A stretch of DNA of 39,845 nucleotides, taken from assembly GCA_045863855.1 (NCBI GenBank), contig BTVV01000052.1:1-39845 (forward strand), given 5' to 3'. A model generated the notes under the pieces. The model saw only the letters and a program-made list of their open reading frames with translations. It was not told the DNA's origin and did no database searches. The translations under genes and the position numbers were made by a program. This DNA is from Planctomycetota bacterium (GTDB taxonomy: Bacteria; Planctomycetota; SZUA-567; H5-PLA8). Below are positions 11,295-20,400 of this stretch, in pieces (positions within the stretch are counted from its first letter, which is position 1; every line of letters begins with the position of its first letter).

Positions 11295-11371
11295 TGGTAC
11301 GCCGGGAGGGACTTGAACCCCCAACCTGCGGTTCCGAAGACCGCTGCTCTATCCAATTGAGCTACCGGCGC
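11295..11371 (-). tRNA. tRNA-Arg, anticodon TCG
   Basis: GCGCCGGTAGCTCAATTGGATAGAGCAGCGGTCTTCGGAACCGCAGGTTGGGGGTTCAAGTCCCTCCCGGCGTACCA: 77 nt, full cloverleaf, anticodon loop CT-TCG-GA, encoded CCA. Confidence 0.97.
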
Positions 11372-11479
11372 GTACATACGAAGTCACCATGTGAACCTGC
11401 TGCCGCTCATTTTGCAAGATCAAAGCCCCGTTCCGAGGGAACCGGACCGCGCCGTCCGCCTCGGCGGATTTATATAGAG

Positions 11480-11507
11480 TTGCCGATCCGGCCCCGATAC
11501 GTATAGT
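11480..11507 (+). promoter_or_regulatory. Putative sigma70 promoter of the small HTH gene
   Basis: TTGCCG-N16-TATAGT in an AT-rich patch, 23 nt upstream of the ATG at 11531. Confidence 0.5.
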
Positions 11508-11530
11508 TTCTTGTACACGAGGCCGCGAAC

Positions 11531-11782
11531 ATGAGCAAAAAAAGCAGACAGGATTTGCGGGCGATCGTCTTGAAGGAGATCAAGGCGCGCGGGCTGACGT
11601 TCAACGCTTTCGCCTGCCGGCTGGCCGAGCTGGGATCTCCCGTGGGACGGCTGTCGGTTTATAATTATCTGCGCGGCGATTCCGACACGGCCGCCGAGCA
11701 CGTTTCGTGGATGATGCTTGCGCTGGACTTGGAAGTGCGCAAGCGCAAGAGCGCGCCCCGCAAACGAAGGACCTCGCGCTAG
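11531..11782 (+). CDS. Small Cro/XRE-like helix-turn-helix protein
   Basis: 83 aa; IKARGLTFNAFACRL...VGRLSVYNYLRGDSD...MMLALDLEV pattern; basic tail; GAGG RBS. Confidence 0.65.
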   Translation: MSKKSRQDLRAIVLKEIKARGLTFNAFACRLAELGSPVGRLSVYNYLRGDSDTAAEHVSWMMLALDLEVRKRKSAPRKRRTSR

Positions 11783-11838
11783 CCACGGCGCCGCAAGCGC
11801 CCGGACGCAGGCCCCAAAAATCATCCCGCTCCCGGCAA

Positions 11839-11866
11839 TTGCACCCCCGCCCCGCGCCGCTACCAT
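11839..11866 (+). promoter_or_regulatory. Putative sigma70 promoter of the hypothetical-fahA pair
   Basis: TTGCAC-N16-TACCAT, followed by TAAGGAG RBS before GTG 11900. Confidence 0.45.
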
Positions 11867-11899
11867 ACGCCCAGCCGCACCTTCATAAGGAGCTACCGC

Positions 11900-12886
11900 G
11901 TGGCCCCCAGCCTGCGCGCCCTGCTTGCGGGGATCGTCGATTACGCGGGACTCTTCCCGCCCGCTCAGCTCCCGCTCGACGCGGCGCTGAGCCACTACGC
12001 CCGTTACCGATCCGAACCCGAAGCCTGGATGCTCGCGCGCTTCGTCATCCCCGCCGCCAAGCTTCACGAAATCGAACCGCACGCCGCGCTCCTGGCTTCC
12101 GGCGCCCCCTTCGCCTTCTCCGTCCTCGCCCGCGGCGGAACCGACGCCGATACGTGGATCGACGGGCTCGCCGACGACCTCGAAGCCGTCGCCGCCTTCC
12201 GCGCACGCCACGGCGATCGCGTCGTCGTCGATGTCCTCGAAGCCAAGCTCCCCGACGCGCTTCTGGGCCCCGAACGGCTCGACGAACTCTGCGATCTGCT
12301 CACCCATGCCGTCGATCTGATCAACGCCGACGGCCCGCCGTCGCTCGCGCCGTTTTTCGAACCGGCGCGGCGCGCATCCTGGCGCGAGGATTTCGCGGCT
12401 TTGGGCGGAGCGCTCGCGGCGACCAACACCGCCGAACTGCGCCGCGGGCGCGAACGCTGCCGAGTCGGCGGCTTCAAGCTCCGCTGCGGCGGCGCCGATC
12501 CGGCCGCCTACCCTTCGCCCGAGCAGGTCGCCTTCGCGCTCCTGCTCTGCCGCGAAACGAACTCTCCTTTCAAAGCCACCGCCGGGCTGCATCATCCCGT
12601 GCGCCGCTTCAACGCCGCCGCCAACGCCACCATGCACGGATTCCTAAACGTCTTCGGAGCCGGCGTGCTGGGGCAGGCGTTGAAGCTCAACGAGGCCGAA
12701 CTTGCCGCCGTCGTCGCGGACGAAGATCCCGCGCGCTTTTCCTTCGACGGCGAACTTTTCCGCTGGCGCGAACGCGCCGCGACGCGCGCGCAAGTCGAAG
12801 CCGCCCGCTCGCTTTGCGTATCCTTCGGAAGTTGCAGTTTCGACGAACCGCGTGACGACCTCAAAAAACTGAACCTGCTGGACTAA
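11900..12886 (+). CDS. Conserved hypothetical protein (DYAGLFPPA...FKATAGLHHP family), fahA-linked
   Basis: Strong RBS; motifs IVDYAGLFPPA, GFKLRCGG, PFKATAGLHHP, MHGFLNV, SFGSCSFDEP; 15 nt upstream of fahA. Confidence 0.85.
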   Translation: MAPSLRALLAGIVDYAGLFPPAQLPLDAALSHYARYRSEPEAWMLARFVIPAAKLHEIEPHAALLASGAPFAFSVLARGGTDADTWIDGLADDLEAVAAFRARHGDRVVVDVLEAKLPDALLGPERLDELCDLLTHAVDLINADGPPSLAPFFEPARRASWREDFAALGGALAATNTAELRRGRERCRVGGFKLRCGGADPAAYPSPEQVAFALLLCRETNSPFKATAGLHHPVRRFNAAANATMHGFLNVFGAGVLGQALKLNEAELAAVVADEDPARFSFDGELFRWRERAATRAQVEAARSLCVSFGSCSFDEPRDDLKKLNLLD

Positions 12887-12901
12887 CGGAGCGTCAAGAC
12901 C

Positions 12902-14245
12902 ATGAACCCGACCAGCGATCCGAACCTGAAGTGCTGGCTCAAGCTGCCCAAAGATACGCCCTTCTCGATCCAGAACCTTCCTTACGGCGTCTTCGTCCCG
13001 CCCGACGACGGCAATCCGCGCGTCGGCGTCGCCATCGGCGATTACGTCCTCGATTTGGCCGAACTCGAACGCCGCGGCCTCGTCTCCGCGACGCCCGGAG
13101 CCGCGAAGTACAACCCCAACGAGACGCAGGACTCCTTCCTGAACGTCCTCAACCGGGCAGGCTCGAACACCGTCTTCGACAAGCCTTCCCTCAACGCGTT
13201 CATGCGCAGCGGCCCCGTCGCCTGGCACCAGACGCGCGTCTCCGTCAGCAAGCTTCTCAGCGGCGAAGACCCGCGGCTGCAGATGAACGAGGAACTTCAG
13301 GAAGCCGCGTTGCGCAACAGAGCCGACGTGGCCATGCGCGTGCCCGTCGAAATCGGGGACTACACCGATTTCTATTCCTCGAAGCAGCACGCCATTAACG
13401 TCGGGACGATGCTGCGCGGGCCCGAAAACGCGCTGATGCCCAACTACACCCATCTGCCCATCGCGTACCACGGGCGGTCCGGTTCCATCGTCCCCAGCGG
13501 CACCGCCATACGCCGACCCAACGGCCAGACCAAGAAAGACGAAGACGCCGCGCCGGTCTTCGGACCCAGCAAGAACCTCGACTTCGAACTCGAAGTCGGC
13601 TTCTTCGTCGGGACGCCGAATCTTCAAGGCCAGCCGATCCAGATCAAACGCGCCGCCGAACACGTTTTCGGCTTCGTGCTCGTCAACGACTGGTCGGCGC
13701 GCGACATCCAGAAGTGGGAATACCAGCCGCTGGGGCCGTTCAACGCCAAGAACTTCGCCACCACCGTCAGCCCCTGGGTCGTCTCGCTCGAAGCGATCGC
13801 GCCCTTCCGCTGCGCCGGTCCCGCGCAAAATCCCGAACCGCTCCCCTATTTGCGCAGCCCCGGACCGTGGGCCTTCAACATCGAACTGGAAGTCCTGCTT
13901 CAAGCGCCGGACATGGTCGAGCCCGTGCGCATCAGCCAGACCAACTACCGCCATATGTATTGGAACATGTGCCAGCAGTTGGCGCATCACACCAGCGGCG
14001 GATGCAACCTGCGCACCGGCGACCTGATTGCATCCGGCACCGTCAGCGGCGATGCGCCCGGGAGTTACGGGAGTTTGCTGGAACTGGCCTGGAAGGGCAC
14101 GAAGCCGATCAAGCTGCCTAACGGGCAAGAGCGCAAGTTCCTGGAGGACGGGGACACCGTGATTATGCGCGGCTATTGCCAAGGCGACGGGTTTAGAGTG
14201 GGGTTTGGCGACTGCAGCGGGACCGTGCTCCCCGCGCCGATTTGA
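12902..14245 (+). CDS. fahA: Fumarylacetoacetase
   Basis: FSIQNLPYGVF, IGDYTDFYSSKQHA, LPIAYHGRSGS, LDFELEVG, NDWSARDIQKWEYQPLGPF, FLEDGDTV. Confidence 0.96.
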   Translation: MNPTSDPNLKCWLKLPKDTPFSIQNLPYGVFVPPDDGNPRVGVAIGDYVLDLAELERRGLVSATPGAAKYNPNETQDSFLNVLNRAGSNTVFDKPSLNAFMRSGPVAWHQTRVSVSKLLSGEDPRLQMNEELQEAALRNRADVAMRVPVEIGDYTDFYSSKQHAINVGTMLRGPENALMPNYTHLPIAYHGRSGSIVPSGTAIRRPNGQTKKDEDAAPVFGPSKNLDFELEVGFFVGTPNLQGQPIQIKRAAEHVFGFVLVNDWSARDIQKWEYQPLGPFNAKNFATTVSPWVVSLEAIAPFRCAGPAQNPEPLPYLRSPGPWAFNIELEVLLQAPDMVEPVRISQTNYRHMYWNMCQQLAHHTSGGCNLRTGDLIASGTVSGDAPGSYGSLLELAWKGTKPIKLPNGQERKFLEDGDTVIMRGYCQGDGFRVGFGDCSGTVLPAPI

Positions 14246-14294
14246 GTGGTCATCAGCCGTTGGAAGTAAACCGTCGAGCGCGCAGCGCCAAAGC

Positions 14295-14492
14295 ATCCCT
14301 TCACCCTAGCCCTTCAAGGCGCGATGCGCCGTGATGAATCCTTCCCCCCTGTAGAGGAAGGCAGGATGAGGGGTGCCGTGGACGTGGCCGTTGAAGTTGA
14401 AGTCACAGCGAAAAGACACATCCGCCTTTGCGCCAAAGGCGCAATCTTCGTTAGCCTAGGACAAGGACCGCGCAGCGGGCCGGCGTCCTAGG
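14295..14492. repeat. Cluster of REP-like imperfect inverted repeats
   Basis: CCCTTCACCCTAGCCCTTC...CCTTCCCCCCTGTAGAGGAAGGCAGGATGAGGGG; TTGCGCC-AAA-GGCGCAA (14428-14444); CCTAGGAC...GTCCTAGG (14455-14492). Confidence 0.5.
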
Positions 14493-14705
14493 TCCGTTTT
14501 GAACGCTCCCCTCGACCAAGGCTTAACTCATTAGAGGAAATAATCTTAGAGCAGCGCCACAAGACGCATGGGAACGGTGAGCGGAGAATCTCGTACACAC
14601 GCCCGGCATGAGCAACGTCTACGGAAGCGACGACACTCCAGGTGGAGACGCGGCACGGTGGTTTGAACGGCTGTCGGCATTTGAACAATCACGCGAGGTC
14701 CTCCC

Positions 14706-16151
14706 ATGAAGCGATCGGCGCCGGGTAAAGCGTGGCTTGCCTTATGCGTATGCGGAGTCACGAGCTTGCCGTGCATAAACGTGCGTATTGGGGCGGGCGA
14801 GGAACCGGAACAGAAACCGCCTTCCGTACTGGATCGCGCGGCGTTGGACCGGTTGGTTAAGGCGCTGCAAGCGGATGAATTTGCCACGCGCGAGGAGGCC
14901 ACGGAGAAGCTTAAGGGCCTCGGCGCACAAGCGGAATCCTTACTGCGTGAGGCGCGCAAGCAGTGCGAATCGCCGGAACTGCTGAACCGGCTCAATATGC
15001 TGCTCGCGCCTTTCGATCCGGGCGGGATCCTTTGGACATTTCCAGCCCCCGAAACGCAGCCCGTGGTTCAGGACGGGCGGCTCTGGACGAAAAAGGGAGA
15101 CCACTTGGTCTGCTTGGACACCGCAACCGGCAAACCGCTGTGGGAAGTTCCGCTCAAGGCCTACAGCAATCCCGTGGTCCGCGGAAAACGGATCTTTCTG
15201 GCGCGCGACCCAGGCGGACCCGAACGGTCGTGCGAGTTCGTGGCGCTTGACGTGGAAACCGGCAAGACCCTTTGGACGCGTACGCTGGAAGGCGGAAACA
15301 TCTCCGTTACGCCCCTGGCGAGTTCCGACAAAATCGTGGTCATGCCGCTCTCGTACAAACGCGGCTATGCGACTCATGTCGTCTGTCTGAATCAGGCGGA
15401 TGGCGCCAGCGTGTGGGAAAAATCGCTGCCGCGCGAACTGGCGCAGGCCCAAAATTCCGCGCTGGTGGGGAATACCCTGCTCATCAGCGCCATGAAGGGC
15501 CCCGACTTGAGGACCGTTCACGAACTTCCGGATCCCGATCTATCGGCCCCCATTTACATCTTGCACGCCTGGAACGTGGACACGGGGCTCCCGCTCTGGA
15601 AAACCGTCGTGGAAGAAGGATGCAATGTTCCCAATGCCCTGCAGGTTGCCGCGGTGGAAGGTTTCGCGGTGGTCACCGGCGAGAAGGGAACCTATGGCTA
15701 CAACCTGACCGACGGAAAGCGCCTGTGGGAAAGTGAGCCGTGTTGGAAGGTCGTACTGAACTCACGCTGCACGTATCTGCTTGGCCCCCAGGACCGCTGC
15801 CTGAATCTGCGGGATGGCAAAGTCGTCTGGTCCAACCAAGTCTCATCCTACACGTGGGATGTTTCCAGCGAACCCTGCCTCTCGAACAACCGGATTATTA
15901 GGGTCGCACTACATGAGGTCACAGGCCTGGATACCGCCACCGGCCAGGTGCTCTGGAAAAACAGCGTTCCGGATCATGCCAGGTATCACTCGAGAATAGC
16001 CGTCGCGGACGGGCGGCTATTTGTCATCCTCGAATCGAATACAGGGAAAAAGAAAACGTTGTACTGCTTGCGCGCGGACCCGCTCGGGACACCGAATGAA
16101 CCCGTTACCCGAAGCACCAGCGGCCGTACGAGCGCCGTGGAAAAAGAATAG
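14706..16151 (+). CDS. Exported PQQ-like (BamB-type) beta-propeller repeat protein
   Basis: Signal-like N-terminus; short helical domain (LQADEFATREEATEKL); repeated blades CLDTATGKPLW, ALDVETGKTLW, CLNQADGASVW, AWNVDTGLPLW, GLDTATGQVLW. Confidence 0.85.
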   Translation: MKRSAPGKAWLALCVCGVTSLPCINVRIGAGEEPEQKPPSVLDRAALDRLVKALQADEFATREEATEKLKGLGAQAESLLREARKQCESPELLNRLNMLLAPFDPGGILWTFPAPETQPVVQDGRLWTKKGDHLVCLDTATGKPLWEVPLKAYSNPVVRGKRIFLARDPGGPERSCEFVALDVETGKTLWTRTLEGGNISVTPLASSDKIVVMPLSYKRGYATHVVCLNQADGASVWEKSLPRELAQAQNSALVGNTLLISAMKGPDLRTVHELPDPDLSAPIYILHAWNVDTGLPLWKTVVEEGCNVPNALQVAAVEGFAVVTGEKGTYGYNLTDGKRLWESEPCWKVVLNSRCTYLLGPQDRCLNLRDGKVVWSNQVSSYTWDVSSEPCLSNNRIIRVALHEVTGLDTATGQVLWKNSVPDHARYHSRIAVADGRLFVILESNTGKKKTLYCLRADPLGTPNEPVTRSTSGRTSAVEKE

Positions 16152-16560
16152 CTCCCGCCCGCGCCTCGCGCGCCCTCGACCCGTGCGCCAAACGCGCAAC
16201 CGTCGATAGCCCAAAGCCATTCGCCCCGCGCGCCGAAACCGGAAAACCCAGAACGATCTCGCCAACCTACGCACACGCGAAACCACTCTGCGCAGCCGGA
16301 CGCCGAAGGCCACGGAAGGCCGCGTATTTTGGGCCCTCGCACCGCCTGCACCCGTTCAGCCCCTCGCGCATAGCCGCCCGGACACTAAGCACCTGCGTGC
16401 AAACATACGCTTTGCAGCAGCGTTTTATAGCAGTTTTATGGCAGAATCGAATTTTTGCTCGACGTGCGCGAGGTGGTATAGACCGCGTTTTCGTCCTTCT
16501 AAGTCCTTAAAGTTCGTTCGAAAAGTTGCCGCACAAGAGCACCTCGCTTCGCATCGTGAA

Positions 16561-16576
16561 TGTTCCACGTGGAACA
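16561..16576. promoter_or_regulatory. parS centromere-like site (ParB/Spo0J binding)
   Basis: Perfect 16-bp palindrome TGTTCCACGTGGAACA matching the parS consensus TGTTNCACGTGAAACA, in a 550-bp intergenic gap. Confidence 0.85.
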
Positions 16577-16701
16577 TTGGCGTTGTTGTTATGCCCGCGC
16601 CACCCCCCACCAACCCCTGTGATATCCCCCGTTTTCCGGAATGACCCGCCCTTGTCGCCACGTCCTACCTTGAGATAGATTGGCCCCACGGAGATGCGTT
16701 C

Positions 16702-17325
16702 ATGCTACTCAAGAATTGCTGGATGCTTACGGCACTGATCGCCGTTGCTTTCGCCGCGCACGCCGCCGAACCCAAGGAAGAGCCCACAATGCCCGAACCG
16801 AAGACCGAACTCGCCACCTTTGGACAAGGCTGCTTCTGGTGCGCCGAAGCCATCTTCGTACGCATCGACGGCGTCTCGAAATCGGTCAGCGGCTACATGG
16901 GCGGGAAGATCGAAAATCCCACGTATAAGCAGATCTGCAATGGAGATACAGGACACGCCGAAGTCATTCAGGTGACCTACGATCCGGCCAAAGTCAGCTT
17001 CGATAAGCTCCTCGACGTCTTCTTCACTTCCCACGATCCGACCACGCTCAACCGCCAAGGCAACGACGTCGGAACCCAATACCGCAGCGTGGTTTTCTAT
17101 CACTCCGAAGCGCAGAAAAAGCAGGCCGAAGCCGCCAAGGCCAAGTGGAATCAGTCGGGCAAGTTCCGCAACCCGATCGTCACCGAAATCAGCCCCGCGC
17201 AGACCTTCTACAAGGCCGAAGACTATCACCAGGAATACTTTAAGCTGAACCCCAACCAGCCCTATTGCCGCGCCATCATCGCCCCGAAGGTGGAAAAGCT
17301 CGAAAAGGAACTGGGCAAGAAGTAG
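16702..17325 (+). CDS. msrA: Peptide-methionine (S)-S-oxide reductase with signal peptide
   Basis: GCFWC, SGYMGG, TGHAEVIQV, HDPTTLNRQGNDVGTQYRS, FYKAEDYHQEY, QPYC; N-terminal signal ending AAHA. Confidence 0.96.
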   Translation: MLLKNCWMLTALIAVAFAAHAAEPKEEPTMPEPKTELATFGQGCFWCAEAIFVRIDGVSKSVSGYMGGKIENPTYKQICNGDTGHAEVIQVTYDPAKVSFDKLLDVFFTSHDPTTLNRQGNDVGTQYRSVVFYHSEAQKKQAEAAKAKWNQSGKFRNPIVTEISPAQTFYKAEDYHQEYFKLNPNQPYCRAIIAPKVEKLEKELGKK

Positions 17326-17430
17326 CCGCGCCGTACGAATCGAAAAGAAGCCCTATTGAGCTGCATCACCCGCGCCCGCAGAATCGTCTTATTTCGTGAG
17401 GACGCCGTGACTTACAAAGGTTAGTAACGT

Positions 17431-20400
17431 ATGAACCGTGGGGGCGGGGCCGCACCCACTCTTATGAGATCTGCCGACGCACGCGCACGAGGTCGCACCT
17501 TCGCCTTAACTCAAGCTAAGGGCTTGGGTTACGTGCACGCCGCCACCCTCGCGCTGGCCTTCTGCCTAGCCTTGCCAGCCGCCCTGCGCGCCGCCGAAGC
17601 GACGATCCAGCTCCCCGAAGCCCAAGGCGCGCTCCTCGGCCCAGACGATACGCTCGAACTGAACTTGGTCCTGAATGCACCCGCCGCCGGGATGCAAACG
17701 CAAGCTCCTCAAGTACTTGCATACCTATTGGCCACCGGCCAAGCCGCGCCCGAGCCTGCCGCCGCGGCCCATGGACGCGTCTTCTCCTGGGCCTCCCCCA
17801 CCCAGTCCGGAACCTGGCACTTGCACGTCCGCGGCCTCACGCCGCCCGGCGACGGCGAGGCCTGGGACCTGCTCCTGAGATGGTCCTGGCCGGGCACGAA
17901 AGTCCAAGGCGAGCAACGACTTCCGGGCGCGATCCGCTTTCGCACCGGCTTGCCCGATGTGGTCTTGCTCTGTGACGGTTCGCTCTCCATGGGCCGCAAC
18001 GATCCCGAACGCCTCCGCGTCGAAGCCGCGCGGATGTTCGTCCGCCTCGGCTGGCGCTCCGGCGGCATCGGGCGCGTCGCTGTCGCCCAGTTCGACGACC
18101 ATACGCGCGTGCTTTTGCCGCTCACGCCGGTCGATCAACCGGCGCACTTCGAGCCGGCGTTCGAGAACCTCCGCGAAATGGGCCAGACCGATATCAACGG
18201 CGGCATCCGCTTGGCGCTTAAGCTGTTGCAAGAAGGCGCCCAAGGCCGGCGCTCCGCCATCGTGCTCCTCAGCGACGGCAAGCAGGAGCCCGGCGACTAC
18301 GCCGATGTACACCTCGAAGCCAAAGCCGCCGGCGTCCCGATTCATACGCTCGCGCTGGGCGGCACGGCCGACCGCGAACTCCTCAAGCGCATTGCCGACG
18401 AGACCGGCGGAACCTTCAGCAGCGCCGCGAGCGGACAGGAATTGCTGCATCTATACGGCGCGGTGGCCGGACGCATCGCCGGCGGCCGCACGGTCCTGAG
18501 CACCCGGCTTAACTCCAACGCGAGCACCAACTTCCCCGCCGACGGCTCGATCCGCTCGCTCTCCGCCAGCGCTTTGAGCGACCGAGCTGGCGTACTGAAC
18601 CTGAAAGATCCGCGCGGCGCGGCTTGGCCCAGCGAAGCGCGCGCGCATGCGGTCCTGTATCTGCAATGGCCGGCTATCGGTGCATGGGAAACGAGTTGGC
18701 AAAGCCCCGAAGCCGCCGCCGCGAATCTGGAACTCTCGGCCCAGACAGCCCTTTATCCGCTCTTCTTCCGCGCGCAGCCGGTTTCCGGAGCGGCCCTGGA
18801 ACTCGACGCCGATCTGCCGCGCGCCGCCTTCTCGCTGGCCGAAGGCGCGGGGCTCGTGCCCGAAGCGCGCGTCGAACTTACGCTTTACGTGAACGGCTCG
18901 CGGACGCCGCTCGAGTCCGGCGTGCTCGCAGCCTCTGCCGGCGACGGACTTTACACGGCGCTCTTCGAGAAGCTCGCCGCCGCGCAACTCCCCGACGGCA
19001 CGCGCGGCGAAGTGCGGCTCTTGGCCCAAGGCCCGCGCTTGGCCGACCAGCCCTTTCGGCGCGAAGCGACCTCCGCGTGGGTGCTTCGCCGCAGCGCGCG
19101 CCGCTCGCTGGAAGCACCGAATGCGATTGACTTTGGCGTACAAGCTTCGGGCTCGTCCCTTAGCGCGCCGTTGAACCTCCGCATGCGCGGACGCGGCGGT
19201 CCGTTCGGAGCGCGGCTCGAGGGCCTCGACGCGCACGTAGCGCTGCCCCAAGCGCCCGAACTCGCCGGCGTCCCCGAACGCCTGGAAGCGCAAGGCTCCG
19301 CGCAACTTACGCTGAACGTAACGCTTCCCGAAGCGCTCCCGCCGGGCGTCTACGGCGGGCGCATCGCGCTGCGCGTGGACGCCGAAGGACGCGACGAGCC
19401 GCTTGAGGCCGCCGTCCCGTGGCGCGTGGAAGTCACCGCTCCGGCGCTCGTCCTCGAACCGCAGGCGCTGGAGTTGGGGCCGCTCTGGCCCGGCGAACAC
19501 GCCAACGTCGCGCTGCGCGCCGCGACCGACGCCGGACGCCTGCGCGTCTTCCCGTTCCAACTGCGTGACGAGAACCGAGTTACCTTCGCGCATCCGGCCG
19601 CATGGCAACCCGCGGCGCCGCTGCGTGCCGCGCGCCCAGCCTTGAAGCTGCTCGACGCGAACCCGGCGCTCGTGGCGCTGGATCGAAATGGCCAAGCCTT
19701 CGAACTCGATTTCATGGTCGCGCACGACGCCGTGGCCGGACCGTTCGAAGCACGCGTGGTGCTGCGCGATTTCGACGGCGTCGAACGCGCGAGCATTCCC
19801 GTGCGCGGGCGCGTCCGCGCCACCGCGCTGGTGCTGGAAACCGAACCCGCGCTGGGACGCTTGGAACCCGGGGACCGCGAAGAGTTTCCGTTCGCGTGGC
19901 GGCTCGATCCGGCTCCGCCTGGAGGGCTTTTGCCGGCGGCGAGCTTCCGCAGCGGCGGCGACGATCCGGAACGCGGAACGGCGCTGGCCCGCGTCGGCGC
20001 GGACGGTCCCACCGGCGTCTTGACGCTGAACGTCGCCCAGCCCGCCCCAGCCGGCCCGCTCACCGGCTGGATCGAACTGCGCCGCGGTCCTGCGCTGCTC
20101 GTAAGCCGTTGGCAGGCCGAGGTTATTGCGCCGGCGTTGACACTCGATCCGCCCGAATTGGACTTCGGCTTCTTGCGGCCGGGGCAGACCAAGAGCCTCC
20201 CGCTGAACGTCGCGCTGCGTGCCGCGCGCGGCGTGCGCCTCCTGCCGGAGTTGCCGCAACCTCTGGCCAAGCCGCGCTTTCCCGAGATGCAACTAGAAGA
20301 CGCGCTGAGCACCACGCTCCAGCCCGCGGACCTGTTCCCCGGAGGCTCGCTTGCCCGCGAAGCGCGCATCGCCGTTCCCGAAAGCGCGCAAGACGGGCTC

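Noticed and set aside
11200..11371. Integrative element at the tRNA 3' end
   Set aside because: No integrase, and no duplicated tRNA 3' end (att site) found by eye.
16152..16700. oriC in the parS-containing gap
   Set aside because: No convincing TTATCCACA DnaA boxes, only a modest AT-rich patch, and no dnaA/dnaN nearby.
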